Virus record (IMG/VR): IMGVR_UViG_3300031787_000812
Span: 1-24,325 of that record
From: a virus
Lineage: Duplodnaviria > Caudoviricetes
Strand: one strand, 5' to 3'
Length of the DNA: 24,325 bases
Below the pieces are notes generated by a model. It ran no database searches, had not been told where the DNA came from, and worked only from the letters and a program-made list of their open reading frames with translations. Both the position numbers and the translations under genes were made by a program. Positions 8,642-16,944 of this stretch are shown here, one piece after another (within the stretch, counting starts at the first letter, position 1; the number at the start of each line of letters is the position of its first letter).

Positions 8642-10192
8642 TTACCTCGTTGTATCCTGTTGGATCATTTCGAGCAGCAGACCTTGGAGCTTCTGCTTGC
8701 TCTGGAGACGGCTGTACATTTTGTACTCCAAGTCCGTAGCTTCGATATGAACCACATTGGATGCGTGCTTCTTACCGATGCGTTCGACACGTCCGTTAGC
8801 TTGGACATATTGTTCATTGCTGGTGATCGGCCCGTACCACACGATGGTTGACGCCGATGTCAGTGTCAGGCCGTGCGCCATGGTAGCCGGGTGTGCGATC
8901 AGCACCTGCGGATGCGGCGAGTGCTGGAAGTTCTGGAAGATTTCGTTGCGCTTGTTGCTGCTGACTTCTCCGTTGACCACGCCTACGGTGTAGTCCTTGC
9001 CGATCTCGCGCTCCAACATACGCAGTGTACCCGTCAGCGGCACGAACACGATGATCTTGCCGCCCGCCTCTTCGATCACTTCCTTGACGGCATTGATGCG
9101 CGGCGAACAATCGAGTTCGATATTCTGACCATCTTCTCCATAAGCAACACCGCAGGAAATCTGGATCAGCTTCTGCATCTTGACGGCTTCGTTGACGGCG
9201 GTGATCGCGCCCTCCTCGGCCTCGGTGATCAGGTGGCGGATCATACGGTCGTAATGCTTGCGCTGATCCGGCGTGAGTTCTACCTGACGAGTTTGGAATA
9301 CGGTGTCGGGCAGATCGAAACACTCGTCGCGGGTATAGCGGATCGCCGGGTGCAGCACATGGCGCACGATCTCCACGCTCTCGGGGCGGGGCACCCAAGT
9401 GTACTGCCTGATCTTCATCATCACCTGTTCGCGGAAGGCGGTGTAGGTCTTGGGGATGAACGGGCTATCGACCAGCCGCGCCAGCGCCCACGCATCCGAT
9501 GGTTCATTCGGTGTCGGGGTTCCGGTCATCAGCCACAGGCGGGTGTCGGGGTTGCGGGCCATCCAGTTACGGACTTCCTTGAAACGTCTTGTGCTGGGGT
9601 TCCGCAGTACAGCAGCTTCGTCCACGATGAGCAAGTCAAACATATCATGGCACTCGTCGGCAATGATCCCGAACCCATCATGGTTGATGATGTAGAAGTC
9701 GGCCTCGGTCTTGAGCAGCTTCTTGCGGCGCTCTGCGCTACCATGAAGCACCACGCTCTTGCGTGAGACAAAGTTGGTGAAGACAGCGTCATCCCAGACG
9801 CGCTTCAGCGTTGACAGGGGCGACAGGATCAGCACCTTCTTCACCGCGCCAATCGATATGAGATAGTCAGCCGCCCACAGTGCGCTCTGCGTCTTGCCCG
9901 TGCCAATGTCGTTCAGCACGATGGCTTTCTGATTGAGGGTCAGGAAGGACGCCGTCTGCTTCTGATGGTCATAGGGTTGGAACCGTCCCTGCCAGTCGTA
10001 GAAGTGGAGGATGGGAGACGGAACATCGAAGCCCAGAGCTTGCAGGGCCGATGCCTCTTCGAGCCGCAGCGGAACCACGACCGCTTCGTTACCCTTGATG
10101 TTGACTTGTTTGGCGGAAGGAACCGCTTCGAGTACCCGGTGCGGGTTACTCAGTTTCAGCAGAAGCGCCCTTGCTTTGGGAAGCACCAGCAT
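8642..10192 (-). CDS. SNF2-family (SF2) helicase
   Basis: Q motif PYDHQ, motif I DIGTGKT, motif II LIVDEAA, motif III MTGTP, motif V HGLTLT, motif VI QANGRVERIG. Confidence 0.92.
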   Translation of the reverse strand: MLVLPKARALLLKLSNPHRVLEAVPSAKQVNIKGNEAVVVPLRLEEASALQALGFDVPSPILHFYDWQGRFQPYDHQKQTASFLTLNQKAIVLNDIGTGKTQSALWAADYLISIGAVKKVLILSPLSTLKRVWDDAVFTNFVSRKSVVLHGSAERRKKLLKTEADFYIINHDGFGIIADECHDMFDLLIVDEAAVLRNPSTRRFKEVRNWMARNPDTRLWLMTGTPTPNEPSDAWALARLVDSPFIPKTYTAFREQVMMKIRQYTWVPRPESVEIVRHVLHPAIRYTRDECFDLPDTVFQTRQVELTPDQRKHYDRMIRHLITEAEEGAITAVNEAVKMQKLIQISCGVAYGEDGQNIELDCSPRINAVKEVIEEAGGKIIVFVPLTGTLRMLEREIGKDYTVGVVNGEVSSNKRNEIFQNFQHSPHPQVLIAHPATMAHGLTLTSASTIVWYGPITSNEQYVQANGRVERIGKKHASNVVHIEATDLEYKMYSRLQSKQKLQGLLLEMIQQDTTR

Positions 10193-10472
10193 TCAGGTAG
10201 TCCTCTAACAGTTTCAATGTTTCAACATCGCAAACGACAAAACACTTGCCACCAGCGGCTTCGATCTTAGCCATACAGTTGCGCTGCAACTGGGTGGGCT
10301 TCTTGGTCCTGTCGGCTTTGACTTCGATGCCTACGAACTGGCCTCGCACAATCGCCACACGATCAGGAATACCAGCACGTCCGTAAGGTCCAGCTTGTGG
10401 GCTGTAGAACCATACCTTGTACTGGTGGAGAAGCTTATCGACCCTAGCCTTGATCTTTCCCTCTGGTGTCAT
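10146..10472 (-). CDS. VRR-NUC domain nuclease (putative Holliday junction resolvase)
   Basis: PEGKIK...GIPDRV...GIEVKA...PTQLQ...IEAAGG pattern. Confidence 0.88.
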   Translation of the reverse strand: MTPEGKIKARVDKLLHQYKVWFYSPQAGPYGRAGIPDRVAIVRGQFVGIEVKADRTKKPTQLQRNCMAKIEAAGGKCFVVCDVETLKLLEDYLNAGASQSKGASAETE

Positions 10473-10474
10473 CG

Positions 10475-10503
10475 AAGGTAATTCCGGTTTACATCGTTGT
10501 CAA
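10475..10503 (-). promoter_or_regulatory. Candidate sigma70 promoter
   Basis: Minus strand reads TTGACA-17 nt-TACCTT, filling the short gap between the Cas4-like and VRR-NUC genes. Confidence 0.5.
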
Positions 10504-10504
10504 G

Positions 10505-11164
10505 TTACTGGGCAGAAGGACACAGGTGTCGTGCAGGGCAGAAACGGCACAATCCGCTGGGGCGGGCGGGCCAATTATCTGTTTCTACTGACTTTTCTAT
10601 GCGCTTAATCTGTGTAAGGAGTTTCGTCCACAGTGTTGCGGCATCCTGTCGCATGTAGACTTCGCGGTCCATGGCCTTGTCCTTCAACCAGACGAAGCCC
10701 ACGGCGACACGCTCGACCTCTGGGTAGTGCGTGAAGATTTGCAGGGCATAGAGTTCAAGCTGATCGAAGTCGGGTTTGCGCTTGCCGGTCTTCCAGTCGA
10801 GGACCTTTGCATCCTTCTGATTTATTACCAGTACGTCGATCTTCGTGCGCAGCCATGCGTCATCGTCAGACCATCCGGTGGGCTTGAGTTCGACGTTCAG
10901 CGTGAGTTCCTGTTCGACCAGCAGTTCGCCCGCGCCAAGGCTGTCGATGATCGCCGTGGTCAATGGCTCGTAGTGCGCCGCCTCCTGCGGAAGCTCGGTG
11001 TTCGTCTTGAGGCGGTCCTCCAAGAACTTGTGGATGCGCTCACCATGGTGCGTGGCTTCGCTGCCGGGGTCGCTGACCGCCTTCCTGATCCGCTGGTGGT
11101 AGTATCTCAGCGGGCAGTTCATGTACATCTTGATGGACGAGTAGGAGTGGGTCAGCTTGGTCAT
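10505..11164 (-). CDS. Cas4-like PD-(D/E)XK exonuclease
   Basis: SYSSIKMYMNCP, GERIHKFLE, EQEL, IDVL, DWKTGK, QLELYA and C-terminal CRFCPARHLC (four Cys, Fe-S staple pattern). Confidence 0.88.
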   Translation of the reverse strand: MTKLTHSYSSIKMYMNCPLRYYHQRIRKAVSDPGSEATHHGERIHKFLEDRLKTNTELPQEAAHYEPLTTAIIDSLGAGELLVEQELTLNVELKPTGWSDDDAWLRTKIDVLVINQKDAKVLDWKTGKRKPDFDQLELYALQIFTHYPEVERVAVGFVWLKDKAMDREVYMRQDAATLWTKLLTQIKRIEKSVETDNWPARPSGLCRFCPARHLCPSAQ

Positions 11165-11583
11165 CGCACTTCAACTCCCGCTTCGAGGAACATCACACGG
11201 GCAACGTCGAACTCCTCGTCGGGCATGGAAGTCGTGCCGTTGCCGATCACCACCGTGGTGACCCCCGCCTGTATAAGCGAACGCGCACAGCGCGAACAAG
11301 GGTGGTGTGTGACGAAGGCGGTGCCGCCCTTGAGCTTGGCCCCCACCCGTGCAGCTTGTGCAACCGCGTTCTCCTCGGCATGGCTAGTCCAAAGATATTT
11401 TGCAGGACGCTCCATGCGCTCGCTCCTGTCTTGGACGCCACGAGGTAGGCCGTTGTATCCGGTCGCTGCCACGACCTTGTCCTCGGTCACAACCACGCAG
11501 CCGACCTTGGTGCTGGGGTCCTTCGACTTGCTGGCGACAAGCTCAGCCATCGACATGAAGTAGTCTTTCCAAGACGGGGTCAT
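11161..11583 (-). CDS. dCMP deaminase
   Basis: SKDPSTKVG, GYNGLPRG, Zn-binding HAEENA and PCSRC. Confidence 0.92.
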   Translation of the reverse strand: MTPSWKDYFMSMAELVASKSKDPSTKVGCVVVTEDKVVAATGYNGLPRGVQDRSERMERPAKYLWTSHAEENAVAQAARVGAKLKGGTAFVTHHPCSRCARSLIQAGVTTVVIGNGTTSMPDEEFDVARVMFLEAGVEVR

Positions 11584-11855
11584 TCGCTTTCCTTTGCTGT
11601 GTGATAGGCTTTAATGATTATGTCCCGTGCGACTGTTGCAGGTGGTTTATCCTGCCTAACAGCTTCGTCCATGATCCACGAGACGATGAACTCAGGGAGC
11701 AGCGGCGAGATGACTTGGTTCCATCTCAGCGCCCGCTTGATTGCCATCGACACGTTGGGCTTGCTGCACCCCATGATCTTGGCGATCTCGGTGACCGTCT
11801 TCTTCTCTACTGTGTAGAGCCTGATGATCTCATCGCGGAGGGACTGGCGCTTCAT
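11580..11855 (-). CDS. DNA-binding protein: N-terminal HTH, possible ribbon-helix-helix-like C-terminus
   Basis: Start reassigned to ATG 11855 (ATGA overlap, GGAGG RBS). KTVTEIAKIMGCSKPNVSMAIKR is an HTH; LLPEFIVSWIMDEAVRQDKPPATVARDII resembles RHH helices. Confidence 0.65.
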   Translation of the reverse strand: MKRQSLRDEIIRLYTVEKKTVTEIAKIMGCSKPNVSMAIKRALRWNQVISPLLPEFIVSWIMDEAVRQDKPPATVARDIIIKAYHTAKESE

Positions 11856-12088
11856 AGGGGGAGCACCTCCATGAGTACTGTAGCGACTTTGTCCCACAGC
11901 TTGTTGGTGCGGTTCGCGGGTTCGGTAAGTCCGTGAAGGCGCAGGACAGATGCGATCTGCCGCAGTTCGTCATGCACCTCGTAAAGCAAGACCAACTCTG
12001 CTTTCTCCCGCTTCTCCAACGCGGCGTGCGCCCGCTTCAGATCGTGGTACTGCGACATGAACTTGCCGAAACTGTTGTGCCCCCTCAC
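11852..12088 (-). CDS. Hypothetical helical protein
   Basis: Start reassigned to GTG 12088 (GTGA overlap, AAGGAG RBS). Confidence 0.6.
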   Translation of the reverse strand: MRGHNSFGKFMSQYHDLKRAHAALEKREKAELVLLYEVHDELRQIASVLRLHGLTEPANRTNKLWDKVATVLMEVLPL

Positions 12089-12264
12089 CGCTCTGTCTCC
12101 TTCAGGACTTCCCACATCTTGTCAGCCAAACTGTAGTAGCCCGCGACTTTCAGCACACCGATGACCAACGCTAGGCCATTGCGCAGCATGAGTACGTCTG
12201 CCTCTGCCTTGCGCAGAGCTTCGCCCAACGCGCGGTTGACGACTTCGAGATCAGCTTCACTCAC
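12085..12264 (-). CDS. Hypothetical helical protein (59 aa)
   Basis: GTG 12264 overlaps the polymerase stop (GTGA) and has a GGAG RBS; MSEADLEVVNRALGEALRKAEAD... Confidence 0.6.
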   Translation of the reverse strand: MSEADLEVVNRALGEALRKAEADVLMLRNGLALVIGVLKVAGYYSLADKMWEVLKETER

Positions 12265-14147
12265 TTGGCATCTCCATAGTTGTAGCCAATATCTGCTTCG
12301 CAAGCGACAGGGAGGTCCGGTGCCCACGACGGAGGGGTGGACATGCACTGCATGATGAACGCCTTGGCTTCCTCGGCCTCGTCCTCATCGACACAGCACA
12401 CGATCTCGTCATGGACTTGAAGCACGATTTTATACCGCTTCGCAATGGCGACCATCTGGCCTGTCACCACGATCCTCGCCAATGCTTGAACTATGTTTTC
12501 CGTAACCTTGCCGCCGTAGATGCGCACCCACGGCAGACCATCGCTGCTGTCGCCTGTCAGTCTGTTGACCACCGCCTTGCGGTAGCTCCTGCCGTCAGCA
12601 ATGTAGAAGTACCCGTCGCCGCTCTCGCTGGCACGCAACAGCGGATAAGTAATAGGCAGTCCACTGGGGAGGATGATGGCGTTGTCTTTGTAGTCGAGCA
12701 TGGAGCGCATGGGCAGGACCTGCCCGCTGCGCTGACCCACGAGATCATCCAGCACGCGCCCGCAACGGTTCCAGAACCCGGCGATGCGGTGGTTCTTGTT
12801 GCGGTATAGGTGGACGATGCGCTGCGCATCCCCGGCTTCGATCTCCACCTTGATGCCGCCCTGCCCAAGGGCCAGCGTGTCGCGGAACTTGAGGGCACCC
12901 ATACCGTAGCCCAGTCCAAGGATGCAGGTCTTGCCGACGAAGCGTTCCACCTTGTCGGCCTTGGTGACCTTCTTGCCATAGACCTCACTGGCGAACTCGG
13001 AGTACACGTCACGCCCCTCGCGGAAGGCTTGCAGCAGATCGTTCTGTTCCGACACCCATGCCACCATACGGGCTTCGATCTGCGAACTGTCGCTGGCGAT
13101 AAGAACTTTCCCCTTGGGGGCGCAGAGGGATTTGCGCAGGGCACCACCGCGAGGGAGGTTCTGGAGGTTCATCTTGTCGCCACCGCTGAAGCGTCCGGTG
13201 TGCGCTCCGTAGTAGTTCAGCATGATGGGCAACGAGCCACGATTGGATACGCCGATAAGAGACTGAGTACGGGATTGTTCAATGGTGGACTTGACGCCAA
13301 GCCGTGCGGCCACGGCGTTCTGCACCCATGGGTCCTCGTGTTCCAGCAGGGCGGTGAACGCCTTGTCCGTCTTGCTGAAAGCATATGCAGCCTTGCCCGT
13401 CTTGGGGCTGACCTTCAATGGTGGGAGAACACCAAGGGTAGAGAGGAAGTTGGCGAACTTGTCGTTGCTCATCAGCATGGACTTGGCTTCTTCCTCGGTG
13501 CAGTCCAGTCCAAGCTGACTGACGAGATCGGTCTTGCGGTTCACCACATCGTGAAGGTGCTGGTCGAGCAGCGCCCGGTCCAGTTCAATGGTTGGCTCAG
13601 TGTACATGCGCATGGTGATGTCGATCACCCGGAGTTCTTCAGGGGTGAACCGCCCCTTCATCTTGTGGAACAGCTTGTATGTCAGGTCCACATCGTTGAC
13701 GCAGTAGGATGCGTAACGCTTAAGTTCTTCTGGCGAGAAGTCATTGCGGCGCTTGCCCATCGCGTTGATCACTTCGTCGCCCTTCGCGCCCAACTGGTAG
13801 TGCGAGACGAGGTTCTTGAGACTGCCGCCGACCGTGACGTTGTGCAGGGGCCGCGCCATGGAGAGCGTGTCCAGCCAGAGCTTGGGCTGGATGTGGAAAT
13901 GCCACGACAGGATGGCACCGTCGAAGGCGGTGTTATGGCAGAGGATCGCCTTGTTCGTGTAGTTGAGCGACCGCAGAAAGCGACCGGGATCGCTGCCGCT
14001 GTACCAGTCAGTCGGATGGTTGTTGACCTTGATGCCCACGCCGATCACCTCGAAACGGATGTCGCGCACATAGGCTTCAGTGGTCATCTTCGACAGGGAG
14101 TACTCCCGGTCATAGTAGGTTTCAAAGTCAATCGTTACGATGTCCAT
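12261..14147 (-). CDS. polA: DNA polymerase family A with 3'-5' exonuclease
   Basis: ExoI DFET, ExoII HNTAFD, ExoIII YCVNDV; motif A DSSQIEAR, motif B RFVGKTCILGLGYG, motif C VHDEI. Start most likely ATG 14147 (MDIVTIDFET). Confidence 0.95.
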   Translation of the reverse strand: MDIVTIDFETYYDREYSLSKMTTEAYVRDIRFEVIGVGIKVNNHPTDWYSGSDPGRFLRSLNYTNKAILCHNTAFDGAILSWHFHIQPKLWLDTLSMARPLHNVTVGGSLKNLVSHYQLGAKGDEVINAMGKRRNDFSPEELKRYASYCVNDVDLTYKLFHKMKGRFTPEELRVIDITMRMYTEPTIELDRALLDQHLHDVVNRKTDLVSQLGLDCTEEEAKSMLMSNDKFANFLSTLGVLPPLKVSPKTGKAAYAFSKTDKAFTALLEHEDPWVQNAVAARLGVKSTIEQSRTQSLIGVSNRGSLPIMLNYYGAHTGRFSGGDKMNLQNLPRGGALRKSLCAPKGKVLIASDSSQIEARMVAWVSEQNDLLQAFREGRDVYSEFASEVYGKKVTKADKVERFVGKTCILGLGYGMGALKFRDTLALGQGGIKVEIEAGDAQRIVHLYRNKNHRIAGFWNRCGRVLDDLVGQRSGQVLPMRSMLDYKDNAIILPSGLPITYPLLRASESGDGYFYIADGRSYRKAVVNRLTGDSSDGLPWVRIYGGKVTENIVQALARIVVTGQMVAIAKRYKIVLQVHDEIVCCVDEDEAEEAKAFIMQCMSTPPSWAPDLPVACEADIGYNYGDAK

Positions 14148-14289
14148 CGGGGTCCAGTCCTGTGAGGAGCCTATACCTAACACGCAGTTCAGCGTACTTG
14201 TGTTCCATCCGGTCGAGCTTGGTGCGTATGTGGATAAGCATTACCACAAAGTACACAGTTGAAGAGAGCAACAAGATCGTCTGCGCCAT
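14128..14289 (-). CDS. Small membrane-anchored protein (53 aa), absent from the ORF track
   Basis: MAQTILLLSSTVYFVVMLIHIRTKLDRMEHKYAELRVRYRLLTGLDPDGHRND; TGATG coupling to the upstream gene; fills the gap before polA. Confidence 0.6.
   Translation of the reverse strand: MAQTILLLSSTVYFVVMLIHIRTKLDRMEHKYAELRVRYRLLTGLDPDGHRND
14229..14237 (-). promoter_or_regulatory. Perfect DnaA box (TTATCCACA)
   Basis: TGTGGATAA on the + strand, about 80 bp upstream of the polymerase start. Function not shown. Confidence 0.35.
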
Positions 14290-14600
14290 CACGTCACCAT
14301 CTTCTTGGTTGCGGCGCGGGTATCGTAGTACGCCTTCAGTATCTCGGGGTGCGCCCCCTTGAGGAACTCAAGAAGATCAGCCATGGCGGGGATCAGTTCT
14401 TCGAGGTCCTTGACACGGGTGCTGAGTTCACTGATCTGCAACTTCGCCAAGTCACTCCCATCGACGAGCAGGTTGTTGGCTTGCTGTATATGATTTGCCC
14501 ACTCTTGCAGTTTGTTGGGGAGCACCACGGGGTAGTTGTTCGAGCGGTAGTCGTTGAACGTGATGCTCTCGCTACCGTACACTTTCAAGTTGGATACCAT
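14289..14600 (-). CDS. Hypothetical protein with coiled coil
   Basis: 103-aa ORF coupled by TGATG overlaps on both sides. Confidence 0.65.
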   Translation of the reverse strand: MVSNLKVYGSESITFNDYRSNNYPVVLPNKLQEWANHIQQANNLLVDGSDLAKLQISELSTRVKDLEELIPAMADLLEFLKGAHPEILKAYYDTRAATKKMVT

Positions 14601-14803
14601 CAGCGCATCCTCTTCTTGATGTCGGCCAGCACGAAGTGCGGCCAGTGCGACTGGCTGCGCGGTGACACGGATACAGTGATCCGTGCGGTTCGTCCTTCGC
14701 CGTTGGCGACTGTCACCTTGAAGTGCTTGCCTGTCTCTACGTTGAGCATCTTATACCCACCGCCTTCGATCACCTTCTTAAGCTGTCGGACTGTCAATGT
14801 CAT
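14600..14803 (-). CDS. Small basic protein, possibly HicA-like (dsRBD-like) fold
   Basis: Helix, then G-Y, then TGKHFKV hairpin, strand and helix, as in HicA-like proteins. Confidence 0.45.
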   Translation of the reverse strand: MTLTVRQLKKVIEGGGYKMLNVETGKHFKVTVANGEGRTARITVSVSPRSQSHWPHFVLADIKKRMR

Positions 14804-15044
14804 CGTCGTTCATCCTGATTACGAGCTTACCGCCCAATGCGTTGATCACTGCTTCGATGTCGGAGAGCTTGGGATTATTCTCCCCGCTCCTCCACTTTCG
14901 CATGGCGCTGGAAGAAACGCCAGAGCGTTGCGCGATGTCCTCCTGACTGGCGCGTTGCATATTGGTCTGCTGCCATATCCACCGCACGAAGCGGTGGACG
15001 GCCCTACCCTTGGCGGGTTCCTTCGCACGCTGGTAGGCTTTCAT
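14778..15044 (-). CDS. XRE-family HTH regulator
   Basis: SQEDIAQRSGVSSSAMRKWRSGENNPKLSDIEAVINALG. Confidence 0.85.
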   Translation of the reverse strand: MKAYQRAKEPAKGRAVHRFVRWIWQQTNMQRASQEDIAQRSGVSSSAMRKWRSGENNPKLSDIEAVINALGGKLVIRMNDDDIDSPTA

Positions 15045-15217
15045 GGTATATCTTTCTTCAATACATCCATCCCGACCACAAGTGCCAGCATGGCATTCGT
15101 TATCTTCTTATACCGCTTAGAGAAGTCGTCTGTATTCAAGGCGTCCTTGAGATCGCTGTGTGCATTCATCATGGCGTTGAACGCCATCTCAGCGCGGGTC
15201 ATCTTCGGGTCAGTCAT
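15041..15217 (-). CDS. Small hypothetical protein (58 aa), absent from the ORF track
   Basis: MTDPKMTRAEMAFNAMMNAHSDLKDALNTDDFSKRYKKITNAMLALVVGMDVLKKDIP; ATGA overlaps at both ends; GAGG RBS. Confidence 0.7.
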   Translation of the reverse strand: MTDPKMTRAEMAFNAMMNAHSDLKDALNTDDFSKRYKKITNAMLALVVGMDVLKKDIP

Positions 15218-15519
15218 GGTCTGTTATCCTCACCTAGGCCACGCAGTGTGTAACTCAGAAGAAACAATATGCAGCAGCCAGCGTGGGCAAGGTGCGACAA
15301 ACCTGTCTCGGGGTCCTTCCCCTCACCCCTCCACCATGCCCACATATGGCGCATCAGCGCAGCGAAGGGGCGGTTCCACTTCATACCCTTCTCCCAGTTG
15401 CGCTCACCGTACTTGACCGCGCCGAACTGCAAGACCTTCACGATCTCTTCGATGGCATCACCCGGTAGTAAATCGTATGGTAGCTTGCCGTCATCGAACT
15501 TCTTGCCTTCAAGTGTCAC
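15214..15519 (-). CDS. dATP/dGTP diphosphohydrolase domain protein (DUF5664-type)
   Basis: GKKFDDGKLPYDLLP...FGAVKYGERNWEKG...ALMRH...GEGKDPETGLSHLAHA. Start reassigned to GTG 15519 (GTGA overlap, GGAGG RBS). Confidence 0.85.
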   Translation of the reverse strand: MTLEGKKFDDGKLPYDLLPGDAIEEIVKVLQFGAVKYGERNWEKGMKWNRPFAALMRHMWAWWRGEGKDPETGLSHLAHAGCCILFLLSYTLRGLGEDNRP

Positions 15520-16502
15520 TTTGCATCCTCCGTTGTGACGTTGTAGCTCTTCTTGACGAAGCCCTTCGAGGCATCGCCACGCATGTGGTGCCGCCGCATA
15601 TAGCGGAAGCGCCCGCACTTGGTGCAGTCCCAGTGGTTCTCTTCGTCCCCACGCTTCTGCCAAGTATGTTCGCAGTTGCGGGTTCCGTGCCGGTGAGCGT
15701 AGTGTGCTGGCACTTCGTGTGCCCTGCGGGTTTCCCCGCTGCCGGAACTCATGGCCTTGCGGATTTGAACCGGGCTGTCGAGCGTGATGGTCACCACGTT
15801 GTGCGCCATGAAGGGGCGAGACTTACCACGGTACATCGTCCGATATGCGGGCTTCTCGGTGAGCGCGATGGCTTTCTTCTGGTGCAGGAGCAGCAGGGCT
15901 GCGGCGTAGATGCGGGCTTCACCTATGTGACCGTCCATCACCGCTTTGGTTTGCAAGAGTGCGACCGATGTATCCCCGTAAAACATGGGTACGAAACGGC
16001 CAGCAAAATTCCTACGCTGCTCGGGGGTCAGGTCTACATATGTGGAACCCAATACATGAAGCACCTGCTGATCCAACAGATCGCTTCTGAGGTTATCCCC
16101 CCACTCTTTTGCAATACGACTAAACCCATAGACTCCTGCCAACGTGTCAGCAACGTCACGGCTACATACGACTGTGTTAGTCCTACCTGCGTGAGATAAA
16201 AACCCAAGCTTCCAATCAGCTTTCTTACCAGCTTGTGAACCCGCACGCCCAATGCCGTCGATCACAGCGTCAATCTCTACCTCCACATATGTTGTGGGGT
16301 ATGGCTCAATAGCAAACTCAATTTGCTCTGCAATCAAGTCTGCACACGTCCGAATGAACTGACCCAGCTTGAACGAAGCATCACGGTCGAACACATAGCA
16401 GCGGGCTTGCGGTGCTATAGACTTCATCCGCTTACTGGCCTCGGGGTGCAAAAGCGGACCCCACTTGGCGACAGGCAGTTCCTTGATATCATCCAGCAAC
16501 AT
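15516..16502 (-). CDS. Hypothetical protein with His/Arg-rich C-terminal domain and Zn-ribbon-like insert
   Basis: Start reassigned to ATG 16502 (AAAGGAG RBS). C-terminus RAHEVPAHYAHRHG...CEHTW...CTKCG...RRHHMRGDASKGFVKKSY. Confidence 0.7.
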   Translation of the reverse strand: MLLDDIKELPVAKWGPLLHPEASKRMKSIAPQARCYVFDRDASFKLGQFIRTCADLIAEQIEFAIEPYPTTYVEVEIDAVIDGIGRAGSQAGKKADWKLGFLSHAGRTNTVVCSRDVADTLAGVYGFSRIAKEWGDNLRSDLLDQQVLHVLGSTYVDLTPEQRRNFAGRFVPMFYGDTSVALLQTKAVMDGHIGEARIYAAALLLLHQKKAIALTEKPAYRTMYRGKSRPFMAHNVVTITLDSPVQIRKAMSSGSGETRRAHEVPAHYAHRHGTRNCEHTWQKRGDEENHWDCTKCGRFRYMRRHHMRGDASKGFVKKSYNVTTEDAK

Positions 16503-16944
16503 GGTGAACTTCTCCTTTGTCCCAGATAAACGTGTGGATTGGCTCAGCGCAGACAGGACTAAAGATACAGGCGACCTCGGCAGCTTGCGCTGCCGTAGCA
16601 CCCATGGCAAGAGCGCCGTAGGCAAAGTCGCGGCCCTCACCGAATGCACACTTGGTTATGCCGTGGTCAATTGCAAAGGGCGATGCTTCATATCGCCGCA
16701 CCCCGTTGGGGTCGATGACCACAAGCTCGGCGTCCCGGTGATACAGTACGGCTGGCGGAAACTTATCCAGCGTAGCGCCGTCGATGTACCACTCAGCGAG
16801 AGCCACAACATGCGAGGCAAGCCCAGCCCCAGTGATAAGCTGGTTGCGATGCACCCACCACTTCTTGATACTGTGCGTTGTCGTGCCAGCGACAGCGCCG
16901 CTGTCCACAGCGCATGTAGCTCCGTCGAATACGATAACAGTCAC
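16489..16944 (-). CDS. HslV/proteasome-beta-like Ntn-hydrolase peptidase
   Basis: GTG 16944 (GTGA overlap, AAGGAG RBS) gives M-TVIVFDGATCAVDS, exposing an N-terminal Thr. Also ITGAG and AFGEGRDFAYGALAMGATAAQAAEVA (the GSG...A.GA motif). Confidence 0.75.
   Translation of the reverse strand: MTVIVFDGATCAVDSGAVAGTTTHSIKKWWVHRNQLITGAGLASHVVALAEWYIDGATLDKFPPAVLYHRDAELVVIDPNGVRRYEASPFAIDHGITKCAFGEGRDFAYGALAMGATAAQAAEVACIFSPVCAEPIHTFIWDKGEVHHVAG

Noticed and set aside
10505-11164. Cas4 as evidence of a CRISPR system
   Set aside because: No array or other cas genes; solo Cas4-like nucleases are routine in phage replication modules.
12810-14165. 451-aa + strand ORF, and similar ones at 6823-7911, 8873-9766, 10727-11563, 14259-15416 and 17460-18257
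   Set aside because: All lie opposite well-supported minus-strand genes and show the V/L/D/H/G-rich composition of antisense frames.
15214-15519. 2-aminoadenine (Z) genome pathway
   Set aside because: No PurZ or DatZ in the window; the diphosphohydrolase alone is insufficient.
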